The notes under the pieces: generated by a model
The model's database searches: none
Seen by the model: the letters and a program-made list of their open reading frames with translations, nothing else
What the model was told of the DNA's origin: nothing
Program-made: the position numbers and the translations under genes
NCBI GenBank assembly: GCA_965660445.1
Contig: CBFIAK010000001.1
Span: 320,001 to 384,000 of the forward strand
Direction of reading: 5' to 3'
From: Patescibacteria group bacterium
Lineage (GTDB): Bacteria > Patescibacteriota > Gracilibacteria > UBA4473
Length of the DNA: 64,000 nucleotides
Shown here: piece after piece, positions 28,853 to 39,195 of the stretch
How the letters are laid out: the number at the start of each line of letters is the position of its first letter
Numbering within the stretch: position 1 is the stretch's first letter

Positions 28853-30223
28853 TTAAAAAGGAATAGTGAAATCAAACCCAACAATGAGTCGAACAATAGT
28901 GAATGAGAGAACCGCAATAGCGAGCCCAACAAACACAAAAATAAGGGTGTCTTTTGCTTTTTCTTTTGTTTCTTCTTTTTCTGAAAACAGAAAAAATAGA
29001 CCTGATACGATAAGCATAATTACAGAAACTCCCATAAGGGCGACCATAAGCCAATTGGCAAGAGCCGGAATAAAATTTTCAGCAATATAAGAAACTCCAG
29101 TTTTAGGGTCTTCTTGCATATCAGACTCTTTTGGACCAGGAAGAATTCCTCCTTTCAGCACTGGAGGGGTCCGAAACGAACGGATTATTTGCTCAAGGGT
29201 ATTAAAATCGAATTTGAGTTCGTCCATTTGGATTATTGTCTCATTTATTGAGTGCCTATAAGCTTCAAGTGCTTCGTTATAACTTCCAAAATCATCAGTA
29301 TACTCATCAAGAGCATCTTCGCGCTCTTTTTGAGATCTATCAAGAATTGCTTGTTTGTCATCTCGAATAGCAGTTTTGTCAGCGACATTTTTTTGTGCAT
29401 CATCAAGCAGTTGTTCTTTTGTATCTCGCTCAGCTTCAGCTTGATTGAGTTGTTGAGCCAGAACCGGTAATTGAGACTCAAGATTTTGCAATTGCGCTTC
29501 AGCTGCAGCAATTTCACGAGCAGGAACATTATTACTATTTTTTAGAAACTCAATTCTGTCTCTTTGGTCTGCAATTTCATCGTATTGGTCATCAATATCA
29601 TCGTTTATATTATCGACTTTTCTTTGAGCGTCATCAAATTCGTCTTCAGCAATACGGAGTTCGTCATGGGCTAGATCAAGTTCTTTTTGTGCGTCCTGTA
29701 AATCTTTTTCCGCTGTATAGTACTGATTTGTCTTATCATCATAAATAGTTGTAGAACTATGAGGCGGTCCGCTCCCTTGACCATATGCTAAAGCATTAAT
29801 AGCCATGTCAACCGCATCAAGTTTTTTTTCGAGGTCTTCTACTTGAGTAGTGAGTTCTCGGTGTTCAAACAAAACATTGTTGAGAATCGGAATGGCGTAG
29901 GGTTTGGTTTGTCCGAGTCGGTTTCGGAGTGTTTCGGCTTCGGGGGGTATTTTTTTAAGGGTGTCTTTGAGGGCTTGAAGTTCATTATGTGTTTTTTGTG
30001 TGTCGAATCGTTGTTTATTTTGTTTTTGGTCTTTGTCCTCAGAATACAAAAAATACTGATGCCGGATTTCTTCAAGGTGTCCATCGGCTTTCGTAATAGT
30101 ATTACGTAGTGTTCCTACATCAATAGCGGTATTATTTGAACTTTGAGCTCCAACAGGAGAAACCAAAAAAATACTTGCACATATGCCCCAAAAGACGGGT
30201 TGAAAAAGGAAGAATTTCATCAT
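28853..30223 (-). CDS. VirB2/TrbC-like pilin-domain protein with long coiled coil
   Basis: Signal peptide, long heptad region, C-terminal LIVSG...EKAK..L...GL.I...SF. Confidence 0.7.
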   Translation of the reverse strand: MMKFFLFQPVFWGICASIFLVSPVGAQSSNNTAIDVGTLRNTITKADGHLEEIRHQYFLYSEDKDQKQNKQRFDTQKTHNELQALKDTLKKIPPEAETLRNRLGQTKPYAIPILNNVLFEHRELTTQVEDLEKKLDAVDMAINALAYGQGSGPPHSSTTIYDDKTNQYYTAEKDLQDAQKELDLAHDELRIAEDEFDDAQRKVDNINDDIDDQYDEIADQRDRIEFLKNSNNVPAREIAAAEAQLQNLESQLPVLAQQLNQAEAERDTKEQLLDDAQKNVADKTAIRDDKQAILDRSQKEREDALDEYTDDFGSYNEALEAYRHSINETIIQMDELKFDFNTLEQIIRSFRTPPVLKGGILPGPKESDMQEDPKTGVSYIAENFIPALANWLMVALMGVSVIMLIVSGLFFLFSEKEETKEKAKDTLIFVFVGLAIAVLSFTIVRLIVGFDFTIPF

Positions 30224-30267
30224 TTTTTAGTATACAAGGTATTTTTGAGAAAAACAAAAAAAGATAT

Positions 30268-31236
30268 TTATTCCCATTTATACGTATCATAGATCCAACT
30301 TAAGATATCAGTTGTTTCTCCAAATCGGTCATGAGATCCAAGAATAATACTTAAAATAAGTTTTCCTTGTTGAGTTTCTCCAATGACCACTAAGCATTCT
30401 CCAGCGAGATACGTAAACCCAGTTTTAAGTCCCTTGATATTTAAAAAACTATCAAGGAGTTGGTTTGTGTTTTTTCGACTATGAGAAAACCGTTCATCAA
30501 TAGAGGTTCCATAGAATTCAGGTTTTGTAACCGTTCCTCGCACAAATTCGAATGTCCATAGTTTTCGACTGAGGAGTAATAAATCCCATGCGGACATATG
30601 ATTGCCTAAAACATCAAATTCGGATTCATCGATAGCTTTATCTTGAAGTGTATCGGATGTGTTTGCTGCTGGAGCAGTATGAGGTTGTATAATATCGAGT
30701 CCACTACTGTTATGAAACTCTCCAGAAATCAGATCCATTTCAAACGCACGTTGGTTCATGTGTTTCACAAAATTTTCTTCACTTCCTGCGTGATGAACAG
30801 CGAGTGCTACTGCTGCGTCGTTTGCAGACGCAATAAGCACGGCTTCTAAGAGTGTGCGAACAGTAATTTTTTCATGCTGATACAGACCAATCATAACGCC
30901 TCCAGCCTGTGTTGCTTCGAGTGGAATAGTGACAACTTCGTCCATATCGTGGTTTTCTAAAATAATTAAGGCCGTCATAAGTTTAGTAAGGGATGCAATT
31001 GGTTTTTTTTCGTATGCGTTTTGTTCGATAAGTGTTTTTCCTGACTCTAAATCATAGGCCAATACAGCTCGGTTTGGGTTTGGGATAAGCGCTGGTTCTA
31101 TGTCCTCTGGGTCTTTAAAGGGTCGTTGTGCTATCGTGAGTGAAATTGCAGTTTGATTTTCATTGATAAAGTCATTCAAAGGCATTGCCGGAGGATGTAT
31201 GCTGGAAGACAAAAGTGATAAAAGTGAAAAAATCAT
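30268..31236 (-). CDS. D-alanyl-D-alanine carboxypeptidase (peptidase S11)
   Basis: ASLTKLMT (SxxK), SAND (SxN), KTGFT (KTG). Confidence 0.93.
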   Translation of the reverse strand: MIFSLLSLLSSSIHPPAMPLNDFINENQTAISLTIAQRPFKDPEDIEPALIPNPNRAVLAYDLESGKTLIEQNAYEKKPIASLTKLMTALIILENHDMDEVVTIPLEATQAGGVMIGLYQHEKITVRTLLEAVLIASANDAAVALAVHHAGSEENFVKHMNQRAFEMDLISGEFHNSSGLDIIQPHTAPAANTSDTLQDKAIDESEFDVLGNHMSAWDLLLLSRKLWTFEFVRGTVTKPEFYGTSIDERFSHSRKNTNQLLDSFLNIKGLKTGFTYLAGECLVVIGETQQGKLILSIILGSHDRFGETTDILSWIYDTYKWE

Positions 31237-31250
31237 TGTTTAAAAAAGAG

Positions 31251-32738
31251 TTATCGAACTTTGTAGCGAGAATGACCAGTTTCATCAAGAATATCGATAT
31301 TGTATTTTTGAGTGAGGGCATCGCGTATGCGATCAGATTCTGCCCAGTTTTTTTCTTGGCGTGCTTGTGTGCGTAACTGGAGTTGGGTTTCAATATCAGA
31401 CTTGTCTTGTTCAGATAAGAGGACTCTTGTTGTTAGAACATCAAAAATAGAATCAAAATCAGTTTTTAAAAAGGTGACAATGCTTTGTGCATCATGCGGT
31501 GATAACTGGTTTTGGTCTCGTTTTTGGAGTCCTACACGAATACAATCAAAAACAGCAGATAAGGCAAGAGCTGTATTTAAGTCGTCAAAAAGAGCGGTTT
31601 GAAAAGTTTTCTTGTATGAGTTTGTGAAATTACTCGGTGTGGTGTCAGAGATCGATATATCAGAAAATATTCGATAGGCTTCACGTATACGTTCAATCGA
31701 TGATCGTGATTGTTGTAAAAGGCTTAATGAAAAATTTAAACTTGTTTTGTAATGGGCAGAGAGTAATGCGTATCGTATTTCTTCCCCTTTCCATCCTTGA
31801 GAAACTAAATCACGAATAGTATAAAAATTCCCATCTGATTTAGACATTTTTTTTCCATCTACTAAGAGATGTTTTGCGTGCATCCAATAATTCACTGATT
31901 TTTGTCCATGATGACTGCATTCGTTTTGAGCAATTTCACATTCATGATGAGGGAATATGTTGTCTTCGCCTCCTGTGTGAATATCAAAATGATGTCCTAA
32001 TAAAGCCTGACTCATTGCACTACATTCTATATGCCATCCCGGAAATCCCGCTCTTGTTGGATACTGAGCCTGAAACGATTCGATGTCTTCGGGGTTGATT
32101 CGTCTCCCTGTTTCAAAATCCCATTGCATAAGGTGTGAGGTTTCCGCACGTTTCCAGAGGGCAAAATCGAGCGGATCTTTTTTGTCGCTGTGAACATCGA
32201 TACGGATTCCAGCCTGTAGAGACTCAAGATTATTTTTTGAAAGAGCACCGTATTGAGGAAACGTTTTTGTGGAAAAATACACTGATCCATTTGCGTGATA
32301 AGCATGTCCTTTTTGAATAAGTGATTGAATAAGGGCTATTTGATGAGGAATGTATTCGGTTGCTTTTGGACGATACGAGGGTGGAAGAATGCGCAAAGTA
32401 TGTTCGTCTTCTAAAAAAGCCTCTGTGTAATATTGAACGATTTGGTATGGGTCTTTATGTTGCGTACGAGCTTTTTTTTGAATTTTGTCTTCTCCGTTTC
32501 CGTCAGCACTATCATCGTTTGTGAGGTGTCCAACATCAGTTATGTTTTGTACATTGGTGACGTTATATCCAGCGTATCGAAGCGTTCTGCTGAGCAAATC
32601 TGAAAAAAGAAACGATCGAAAGTTACCAATATGCGCGTAGTCATATACGGTTGGTCCACACGAATACAGTCGAACATGATTGGGTTCAAGGGGAGTAAAT
32701 TTTTCTTTTGTTCCTGAAAGTGTATTAAAGAGGTACAT
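31251..32738 (-). CDS. cysS: Cysteine--tRNA ligase
   Basis: CGPTVY..HIGN, PGWHIECS, FPHHECE, KMSKS. Confidence 0.98.
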   Translation of the reverse strand: MYLFNTLSGTKEKFTPLEPNHVRLYSCGPTVYDYAHIGNFRSFLFSDLLSRTLRYAGYNVTNVQNITDVGHLTNDDSADGNGEDKIQKKARTQHKDPYQIVQYYTEAFLEDEHTLRILPPSYRPKATEYIPHQIALIQSLIQKGHAYHANGSVYFSTKTFPQYGALSKNNLESLQAGIRIDVHSDKKDPLDFALWKRAETSHLMQWDFETGRRINPEDIESFQAQYPTRAGFPGWHIECSAMSQALLGHHFDIHTGGEDNIFPHHECEIAQNECSHHGQKSVNYWMHAKHLLVDGKKMSKSDGNFYTIRDLVSQGWKGEEIRYALLSAHYKTSLNFSLSLLQQSRSSIERIREAYRIFSDISISDTTPSNFTNSYKKTFQTALFDDLNTALALSAVFDCIRVGLQKRDQNQLSPHDAQSIVTFLKTDFDSIFDVLTTRVLLSEQDKSDIETQLQLRTQARQEKNWAESDRIRDALTQKYNIDILDETGHSRYKVR

Positions 32739-32756
32739 ATAAAAAAATTGTGAGTG

Positions 32757-33029
32757 CTATACCAAGAATTGTGATAAAAACTGCAGTGCTAGATTCGCAA
32801 GAATATCGAGAACCAAAAGAGCCACTATTGGAGAAAAATCGATCATACCAATACGTGCCCACCGAAAAGGTTTGAGGAGAGGATGAACGATACTTCCTAA
32901 AAGATTCCAGAGGACGTTTGGTCGTTGGATAAACCAAGAAAGAATAACGTATGCAATCATAGTCCAGTAAAAAATCTGGAGTACGATACTTATGAAAAGA
33001 ATTAAAAACTGAATAACAGCAATGGGCAT
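32757..33029 (-). CDS. YggT family membrane protein
   Basis: ILSW...P.L.P.R....IDFSPIV. Confidence 0.9.
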   Translation of the reverse strand: MPIAVIQFLILFISIVLQIFYWTMIAYVILSWFIQRPNVLWNLLGSIVHPLLKPFRWARIGMIDFSPIVALLVLDILANLALQFLSQFLV

Positions 33030-33041
33030 AGAGAAAGAAGT

Positions 33042-33413
33042 TTAATAAATACCAGGTTGAGGAATGGCTTCTAAAAATGATTTGAGGTCTAAAAAATATT
33101 CCCCAATAAGAGGGAAATTTACAAATTGAGTAATAATCGCTACGAGAACTCCCAAAACGATTGTCATTCCAATAAGAATTCCAAGTCCTTTAAAAACGCC
33201 TGCGAGAAAATTGCTCCATATAATATGCCAAGGAGAATGAAGGTGTTGAATGAATTCAGAAAATCCACTGGAATTGATAAGACGAATGAAACGTTGCGTA
33301 TCGATTTCAGTGTCTTGTGTGATGCGAGATGGGGTTGATTTTGGTATGATTTTTGTATCGAGTGTTTTATCGATAGAATCAATTGAAAGGGGGGTATCGT
33401 CTTGTTTTTTCAT
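33042..33413 (-). CDS. DUF5665-like membrane protein
   Basis: NFLAGVFKGLG..IG.T, PLIG; ATG 33413 is the likely start. Confidence 0.75.
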   Translation of the reverse strand: MKKQDDTPLSIDSIDKTLDTKIIPKSTPSRITQDTEIDTQRFIRLINSSGFSEFIQHLHSPWHIIWSNFLAGVFKGLGILIGMTIVLGVLVAIITQFVNFPLIGEYFLDLKSFLEAIPQPGIY

Positions 33414-33521
33414 GGCTGTATAATATGTGTTTGAAAGAGAAAGTAAAGAGAAGGCATAGTTTGAAATAGAAAACAAGTGAAACTTTTTTTTGATTCCTGA
33501 AAACTGTCTTATACTAGATAT

Positions 33522-35618
33522 ATGAAAAACTTACTCACTCCACGATCGGTTGCATTGATAGGGGCATCAACAAATCCTGAGAAGCTCGGGTATGCTATTT
33601 TATCAAATATCGTTCATTCTGAATACAAAGGATCTGTGTATCCGATTAACCCAACGGCAAATGAAATTCTCGGAAAAAAAACATATGCATCAGTAAAGCA
33701 AGTTAACTCACCAATTGATTTAGCGGTTATTGCCATTCCAGCACGATATGTATTGGCGGTGGTAGACGAATGTATTGAAAAATCGATTCCAAACATTGTT
33801 ATTATTTCTGCTGGGTTTAAGGAAATTGGAGGTGAGGGCGTACGCTTAGAAGCAGAGTTAGTACACCGTATGAAAATCCACAATATTACGCTCGTGGGGC
33901 CGAATTGTTTAGGAATCATAAATACCCATATTGGGCTTAATGCTTCGTTTGGAGAAGGAATGCCAAAAAAAGGAAATATTGCATTATTGTCTCAATCGGG
34001 AGCAATGGCGGTGGCGATTACAGATTGGGCATCACAAGAAAACATTGGATTCAGCAGTATTATTTCGTTAGGCAATAAAGCGGGTATAAATGAGAACGAT
34101 TGTTTGGAATTTTTTGAACATGATAAAAATACCGATGTTATTCTCATGTACTTAGAGAGTTTTGTTGATGGTCAACGTTTTATGGAATCTGCACGTCGGG
34201 TAGCAATGAAAAAACCAGTGATTGTATTAAAATCAGGGACTTCTCAAGCCGGAAGTGCAGCCGTTAGTTCTCACACGGGTGCTTTGGCAGGGGGTGATGT
34301 GGCGGTCGAAACCGCATTAGCTCAATCTGGGGTGATTCGTGCGCATACTATTGAAGACTTTTTTGTGTATGCACAGATGTTTAGTATGCAACCGATTCCA
34401 AAAGGAAACCGAATAGCAGTGGTGACGAACGCCGGAGGACCAGGTGTTATAACGACCGATGCAATTGATACGTCCCGATATGTGGTATTGGCACCATTTG
34501 ATAAAAAAACGAGAGAAAATCTTGAAGGATGTTTGCCATCAACAGCGAATACTCATAACCCTGTTGATATTATTGGAGATGCTTTAGCTGATCGATATAA
34601 ATCTGCTTTTTCAGCGGTATTGGAAGACAAAAATGTTGATATTTTGTTATCAATTTTGACACCACAAATTATGACTCAAAAAGAGGATACGGTACGGACT
34701 TTGGTAGAACATAATGCACAGTACCCCAAAAAAACATTTGTGGCATCGTTTATGGGCGGACGAAATATAGAGTATGCCGCTCAAAAATTGGAAGAAAACC
34801 GGATTCCAAACTTTATTTATCCTCACAGTGCGGTTCGAGGGCTTGAAGCAATGATTCAGTTGCGAGAATGGAGAGAAAAACAAAAAAAGAGACGTATTTT
34901 TGTGCCAGAAAACACGAAAGCCGCTGATATTCGAGCGGATATTTTGAATCTGGTTGATAAGGATGAATCTGTTGTTTTGTCTCCTGCGTTTGTGACCCGA
35001 ATACTGAAGAACTATGGCGTTACTGTTCCTGAAGTGGCAGTGGTAAAATCAGCAGCAGATGCAGTGGAGCAAGCAAAAAAAGTCGGGTTTCCGGTAGTCT
35101 TAAAAATCGTATCGGAGGATGTGTTACATAAAACAGATAGTGGTGGTGTTCGGCTTGGGCTGGAATCTGATATTGAGGTTTCGAACGGGTATGACGATAT
35201 TATGAAGAACGTAAAAAAGAATTGCCCAGGCGCAAGTATTGATGGGGTGTTGGTACAAAAAATGTACCATATGGGGCGAGAAGTCTTGATTGGAATGAAG
35301 CGAGATCCTGTGTTTGGTCCGTTGATTGCCTTTGGGCTTGGAGGAATTTATGTAGAAGTGCTGAAAGATGTATCGTTTCGGGTAGCCCCTGTGTCACTAA
35401 AAGATGCATATGAGATGATTGATGAAATCAAAACGGTTCAGTTACTCAAAGGAGTAAGAGGAGAAGCAGCATCTGATATTGATGTACTTGCGAAAACAAT
35501 TGTGCAGGTTTCACATATTGCACAAGATATTCCTGAAATTCATGAAATCGATTTAAATCCATTGATGGTGTTTGAAAAAGGTGCTGTCGCATTGGATGGG
35601 CGTATGATTTGTGAGTAG
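33522..35618 (+). CDS. ADP-forming acetate--CoA ligase, fused alpha/beta subunits
   Basis: CoA-binding start, GPNCLG, SQSG, SHTG phospho-His, NAGGPG, ATP-grasp HKTDSGGV, EIDLNP; no GNAT domain. Confidence 0.92.
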   Translation: MKNLLTPRSVALIGASTNPEKLGYAILSNIVHSEYKGSVYPINPTANEILGKKTYASVKQVNSPIDLAVIAIPARYVLAVVDECIEKSIPNIVIISAGFKEIGGEGVRLEAELVHRMKIHNITLVGPNCLGIINTHIGLNASFGEGMPKKGNIALLSQSGAMAVAITDWASQENIGFSSIISLGNKAGINENDCLEFFEHDKNTDVILMYLESFVDGQRFMESARRVAMKKPVIVLKSGTSQAGSAAVSSHTGALAGGDVAVETALAQSGVIRAHTIEDFFVYAQMFSMQPIPKGNRIAVVTNAGGPGVITTDAIDTSRYVVLAPFDKKTRENLEGCLPSTANTHNPVDIIGDALADRYKSAFSAVLEDKNVDILLSILTPQIMTQKEDTVRTLVEHNAQYPKKTFVASFMGGRNIEYAAQKLEENRIPNFIYPHSAVRGLEAMIQLREWREKQKKRRIFVPENTKAADIRADILNLVDKDESVVLSPAFVTRILKNYGVTVPEVAVVKSAADAVEQAKKVGFPVVLKIVSEDVLHKTDSGGVRLGLESDIEVSNGYDDIMKNVKKNCPGASIDGVLVQKMYHMGREVLIGMKRDPVFGPLIAFGLGGIYVEVLKDVSFRVAPVSLKDAYEMIDEIKTVQLLKGVRGEAASDIDVLAKTIVQVSHIAQDIPEIHEIDLNPLMVFEKGAVALDGRMICE

Positions 35619-35811
35619 TGTTTAGGGTGCTTGTGTTTTAGTGGGAATGTTTTATTAAGCGTTTTCTTTATAAAAAATTTGCATTATTTTTTTGGCTCTC
35701 TATTATGGAGGAGATTATGGTCATGGAGTTCGATACTGTACTTGTTTAAGTGTTAGGGTAGAGGATGACGGGAACATATAATCATTCTTTATTTCTAACA
35801 TTTTTGTTATC

Positions 35812-36078
35812 ATGAATAATTCAAAATTATTTATTGGAAGCTTGTCTTGGGGAGTTCGAGACGATTCGCTTCGAGCTGCTTTTGAAAAAGCAGGAACCGT
35901 TATTGATGCGGTAGTTATTACAGATCGTATGTCAGGACGATCAAAAGGGTTTGGTTTTGTTGAGATGGGAAGTGCTGAAGAAGCACAAGCTGCTATTGAT
36001 ATGTGGCATGAAAAAGAGCTCGATGGTCGAAAGATCATGGTAAATGTAGCTCGACCAAAAGAAGAACGTTCATACTAA
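35812..36078 (+). CDS. RRM RNA-binding protein
   Basis: RNP2 LFIGSL, RNP1 KGFGFVEM. Confidence 0.95.
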   Translation: MNNSKLFIGSLSWGVRDDSLRAAFEKAGTVIDAVVITDRMSGRSKGFGFVEMGSAEEAQAAIDMWHEKELDGRKIMVNVARPKEERSY

Positions 36079-36097
36079 TTCTTTTTGAAAACCTACT

Positions 36098-36124
36098 AAA
36101 AAAGAGCCGAAAGGCTCTTTTTTT
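36098..36124. terminator. Bidirectional intrinsic terminator
   Basis: AAAAAAGAGCC-GAAA-GGCTCTTTTTTT. Confidence 0.85.
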
Positions 36125-36357
36125 TATTTGTTTTTCCAGAGGTCTTTCCAGAATTCAGTTTTATGAAACTCTCGTATAGTTATGACTCGTAGTATTGTAG
36201 CGATAATTATACAGGCAATAATCGGAACAAAGAAAAGAGCGAGTAAGTTCGGATAATACAAGTTCTGAGTGACATGAATGGCAATACTCAATCCGAGAGC
36301 AACACCAAGAAACAAAGAAACCGAATGAGATAAGAATTGTACGTGTTTGAATTTCAT
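36124..36357 (-). CDS. Small two-TM membrane protein
   Basis: 77 aa with two hydrophobic helices. Confidence 0.6.
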   Translation of the reverse strand: MKFKHVQFLSHSVSLFLGVALGLSIAIHVTQNLYYPNLLALFFVPIIACIIIATILRVITIREFHKTEFWKDLWKNK

Positions 36358-36403
36358 AAAAATATGTTATTAAATGTAATTATAACATATTTTCATTGTA
36401 AAA

Positions 36404-37267
36404 TCAAATATTAGATTGTTTCATAATTGGGAATGATGCTCCGATTCCTCCTACTGGGTTCGCTTCGCCTGAACCCATGGCAACAACAAGTGTTCCGTCT
36501 TCTGTGTATAGACGAATGGGGTTTCCTTGAATATCTTCTGAGTTGAGGCAGAGATAGTCTTCTTCTAGAAGTGTGTCTGGTTTTATAAGGTTTTTAAGAG
36601 CAAAAGCAAGAACGGCATCGGTTCTCATTTTTGGGGTTGGGCATACGTCTTTTTGTAGAGTACATTGGTCTTTAAATGATTTGTCTTTAGAGTTTTTAAG
36701 ACTTGTTGGTGTATAAACCCGAATTTTTGGTACGTATGCTGTGTGGTATATTTCTTGTGGAACATGGTCATCGATGATGATGGGTCTAAATGTATTGTTA
36801 TTTCGTGGTAGGGTCTCTGTGCGAGAAGCTTTGATGATTATTTCATTAAATGTTTCTACAGTGAACGGTTTTTCTTTTCCGTTTATATTCACGACTCTTG
36901 GAAGTTGAACCGCGAACGGAGCAATATCGTTTTCGGTGTTTTCTTGAAGTGATTGTATGTGTTGGACTGTTTCGGGTGTGAGTGTTTGGGGCATTAGTGT
37001 ATTGATATACTCCATTTCTTTGTCGGGGATAAAAACATGTACTCCTGGTAATGATTGCAGAATCGTATTGATTGTTTCGGCAGAAAAAAAGTTCCCATTA
37101 GTAAGGTCTCTCAGTGTTTCAAACACAGATTCTTTCTCTTTGGTTATTTTCTGAATACGGTCACTGATAGATGTTTTGGTTGTTTCAATGTTATGCTCTG
37201 AGACAGAACTCTCATTGTGTGTTCGATTATTTTGAGAATCAGGATGTGAAGCAGGAATTTTTTCCAT
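36404..37267 (-). CDS. Hypothetical protein
   Basis: 287-aa ORF; no recognised motif. Confidence 0.7.
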   Translation of the reverse strand: MEKIPASHPDSQNNRTHNESSVSEHNIETTKTSISDRIQKITKEKESVFETLRDLTNGNFFSAETINTILQSLPGVHVFIPDKEMEYINTLMPQTLTPETVQHIQSLQENTENDIAPFAVQLPRVVNINGKEKPFTVETFNEIIIKASRTETLPRNNNTFRPIIIDDHVPQEIYHTAYVPKIRVYTPTSLKNSKDKSFKDQCTLQKDVCPTPKMRTDAVLAFALKNLIKPDTLLEEDYLCLNSEDIQGNPIRLYTEDGTLVVAMGSGEANPVGGIGASFPIMKQSNI

Positions 37268-37319
37268 AGATTGAATGATAAGAAGTATTTTTACTTGTAT
37301 TTATTAAAAACTTTTATAT

Positions 37320-38099
37320 TTATTTGTCAATACGCAGTGGTATTTGTTTCGGTTTTATAACTCGTGTAGCACGGCGTAAGATCCATTGTGTATGTGGGTT
37401 TGTATCTTCCTTGTATTGATCAATAAATTGTGAAGCGGCGTGGTGGTTTACTTTGAGGTAATCGGTGAGATGGTTGGCGACTGATTTTTTCACAAACAAG
37501 ATTTCGTCGTGCATGAGGAGATGTAATATTTCAAAAACGGGGGCTGGTTTATCAATAAACGAATCAAGTTTTTTTGCCCATGGGAGTTTTGGACGGAGTC
37601 CTTCGCTTGCGAGTCTGCGGAGATGAAAATTAGGTGACAGAGCCCATTGTTTCAGAATGGAGAGTGTTTTTTGAGGATAGGCAGTAATAAACGGACGAAT
37701 AGCGTATTCACTGGTGTTTCGTTTTGTTATTTCTTCGAGTGCATGGAAAGAAACATCAAAATAATTGAGCCCGTATTTTTCAACTATTTTTCCAATGGGC
37801 ATGATCCAATAAAAATGAGAAAACATACCTGTTTGGTTTGGGTTTTCGTCACCGAGTATTTTGATAAGAATATTTATGGCGTTGGGGTATGGGTGTGGCA
37901 GGAGTAAAAAAAGAGTATCAGCGTGCAGTTCAATGCGTTGTGTAAGGGAAAGTGGTGGGCATTTTTGGGTGATTGTTTGTGTGTAGAGTGTGTGGTTAAA
38001 TTCGGGATAGACGGTGATTATTTTTTCAGAAATAAGGCGTGCTAAAGACTCATCAAACCATCGTTTAATACTGGTATCTTGTGTTTTTATTTGTACCAT
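37320..38099 (-). CDS. DNA alkylation repair protein (HEAT-like repeat, AlkC/AlkD-like)
   Basis: TSEYAIRPF, RRLASEG.RPKLPW, FVKKSVANHL.D. Confidence 0.85.
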   Translation of the reverse strand: MVQIKTQDTSIKRWFDESLARLISEKIITVYPEFNHTLYTQTITQKCPPLSLTQRIELHADTLFLLLPHPYPNAINILIKILGDENPNQTGMFSHFYWIMPIGKIVEKYGLNYFDVSFHALEEITKRNTSEYAIRPFITAYPQKTLSILKQWALSPNFHLRRLASEGLRPKLPWAKKLDSFIDKPAPVFEILHLLMHDEILFVKKSVANHLTDYLKVNHHAASQFIDQYKEDTNPHTQWILRRATRVIKPKQIPLRIDK

Positions 38100-38617
38100 T
38101 GAGGAGAAAGGAATGGAGCAAGAGCACATTTTGTGGCGTCTTTAAATTCGTCTATGCGAGTATAAAGCCCTTGAGAGAGAATACCGTTCGTGCCTTCGTT
38201 GTGTCGAACGGTGTTTTGGGTATCATTGAGTATTGTTTGGATAATGGGACCGAGTTCTTCGCCTTGGTTGATACGTGTTTGGATACGAGGTGGAATTTGA
38301 AGTTTTGCACTCACTCCGATTCCTTTTTTTTGGTTTTGATCGATTATAACAACGACTCCACCAAGAAACATTCCAAACGAGTTTGTATGCACGTATCCTT
38401 CCATACCGATACAGAGATCGGCTTGAGTATGTTTTTGTTGTGCATTTTGTGCACGGTTCAAGGCTCCTTGTATGGCTTCTTCTTCACTGGTGGGTTGATC
38501 GGCAATATCAGAACTAAACTTTTCAGCATGAAACGTGCAGTTGGGAATAGCTTCTGAAAACACATCGCATACAGCTTGTACTTTTGCTTTGTTTTCTGTG
38601 GTGATAATTATATGCAT
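38087..38617 (-). CDS. Inosine/xanthosine triphosphatase (YjjX/DUF84)
   Basis: T.N.AK..AV, DQP...E...GA.NRA, IGMEG, ELG. Confidence 0.88.
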   Translation of the reverse strand: MHIIITTENKAKVQAVCDVFSEAIPNCTFHAEKFSSDIADQPTSEEEAIQGALNRAQNAQQKHTQADLCIGMEGYVHTNSFGMFLGGVVVIIDQNQKKGIGVSAKLQIPPRIQTRINQGEELGPIIQTILNDTQNTVRHNEGTNGILSQGLYTRIDEFKDATKCALAPFLSPQWYK

Positions 38618-38631
38618 GAGGGAAGAGGAGG

Positions 38632-38901
38632 TTAAGTAAACCATTTTTGAGTGTTAGGGTTTCTGTGAGGACATCCAGGCCAACAACAAGGGCGACGTTT
38701 ACCAGTTCGGATATCAGTGACAAATCGTTCAAGGTGTTGAGTTCTTGTTTCTGGTTTTTTTACAATTGTGATCCAGCAAATCCATTCGTTTCGGGCTAAA
38801 GGGGTGAGGGTGCTCCATTGTGTGAGAATATCAGGGTTTTCTATAAGTACTAATTGTAGGTCTTCCGGAAGTTCGTGTATCGTGCCTTGAGGAATATTCA
38901 T
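38632..38901 (-). CDS. YdeI/OmpD-associated family protein
   Basis: LP.DL...L, LTPLARNEWICWI...KK.ETR, RRPCCWPGC. Confidence 0.85.
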   Translation of the reverse strand: MNIPQGTIHELPEDLQLVLIENPDILTQWSTLTPLARNEWICWITIVKKPETRTQHLERFVTDIRTGKRRPCCWPGCPHRNPNTQKWFT

Positions 38902-39109
38902 GAGGTTCTATTGATGTTGTTCTTATTATACTCGAATATTTTATTATTTATATATATTTTGAGGACCCTCAAAACAAATAAGAACTTATACAATAAAGAG
39001 GGGTTTTAAAATATCGTTCTGTTTTATATGACTTTTCTCTCTATCAAAAAACACAAAAAAACCCTTCGTATAAAGTTACGAAAGGAGTGTTTTTCCCATA
39101 GCATAAGAA

Positions 39110-39185
39110 TGGTGGGCCAGGCAGGAATTGAACCTGCGACCAAGGCGTTATGAGCGCCCTGCTCTAACCACTGAGCTACTGGCCC
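39110..39185 (-). tRNA. tRNA with CAT anticodon, most likely tRNA-Ile2
   Basis: GGGCCAGTAGCTCAGTGGTTAGAGCAGGGCGCTCATAACGCCTTGGTCGCAGGTTCAATTCCTGCCTGGCCCACCA; 76 nt with encoded CCA; resembles ileX-type tRNA; paired 1:72 and no three G-C pairs in the anticodon stem. Confidence 0.92.
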
Positions 39186-39195
39186 GTCCTCGTTT

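Noticed and set aside
33522-35618. Protein lysine acetyltransferase PatZ/YfiQ
   Set aside because: No GNAT domain, and the catalytic His motifs are retained
39110-39185. Initiator tRNA-fMet
   Set aside because: G1-C72 is paired and the anticodon stem lacks three consecutive G-C pairs; elongator Met is not fully excluded
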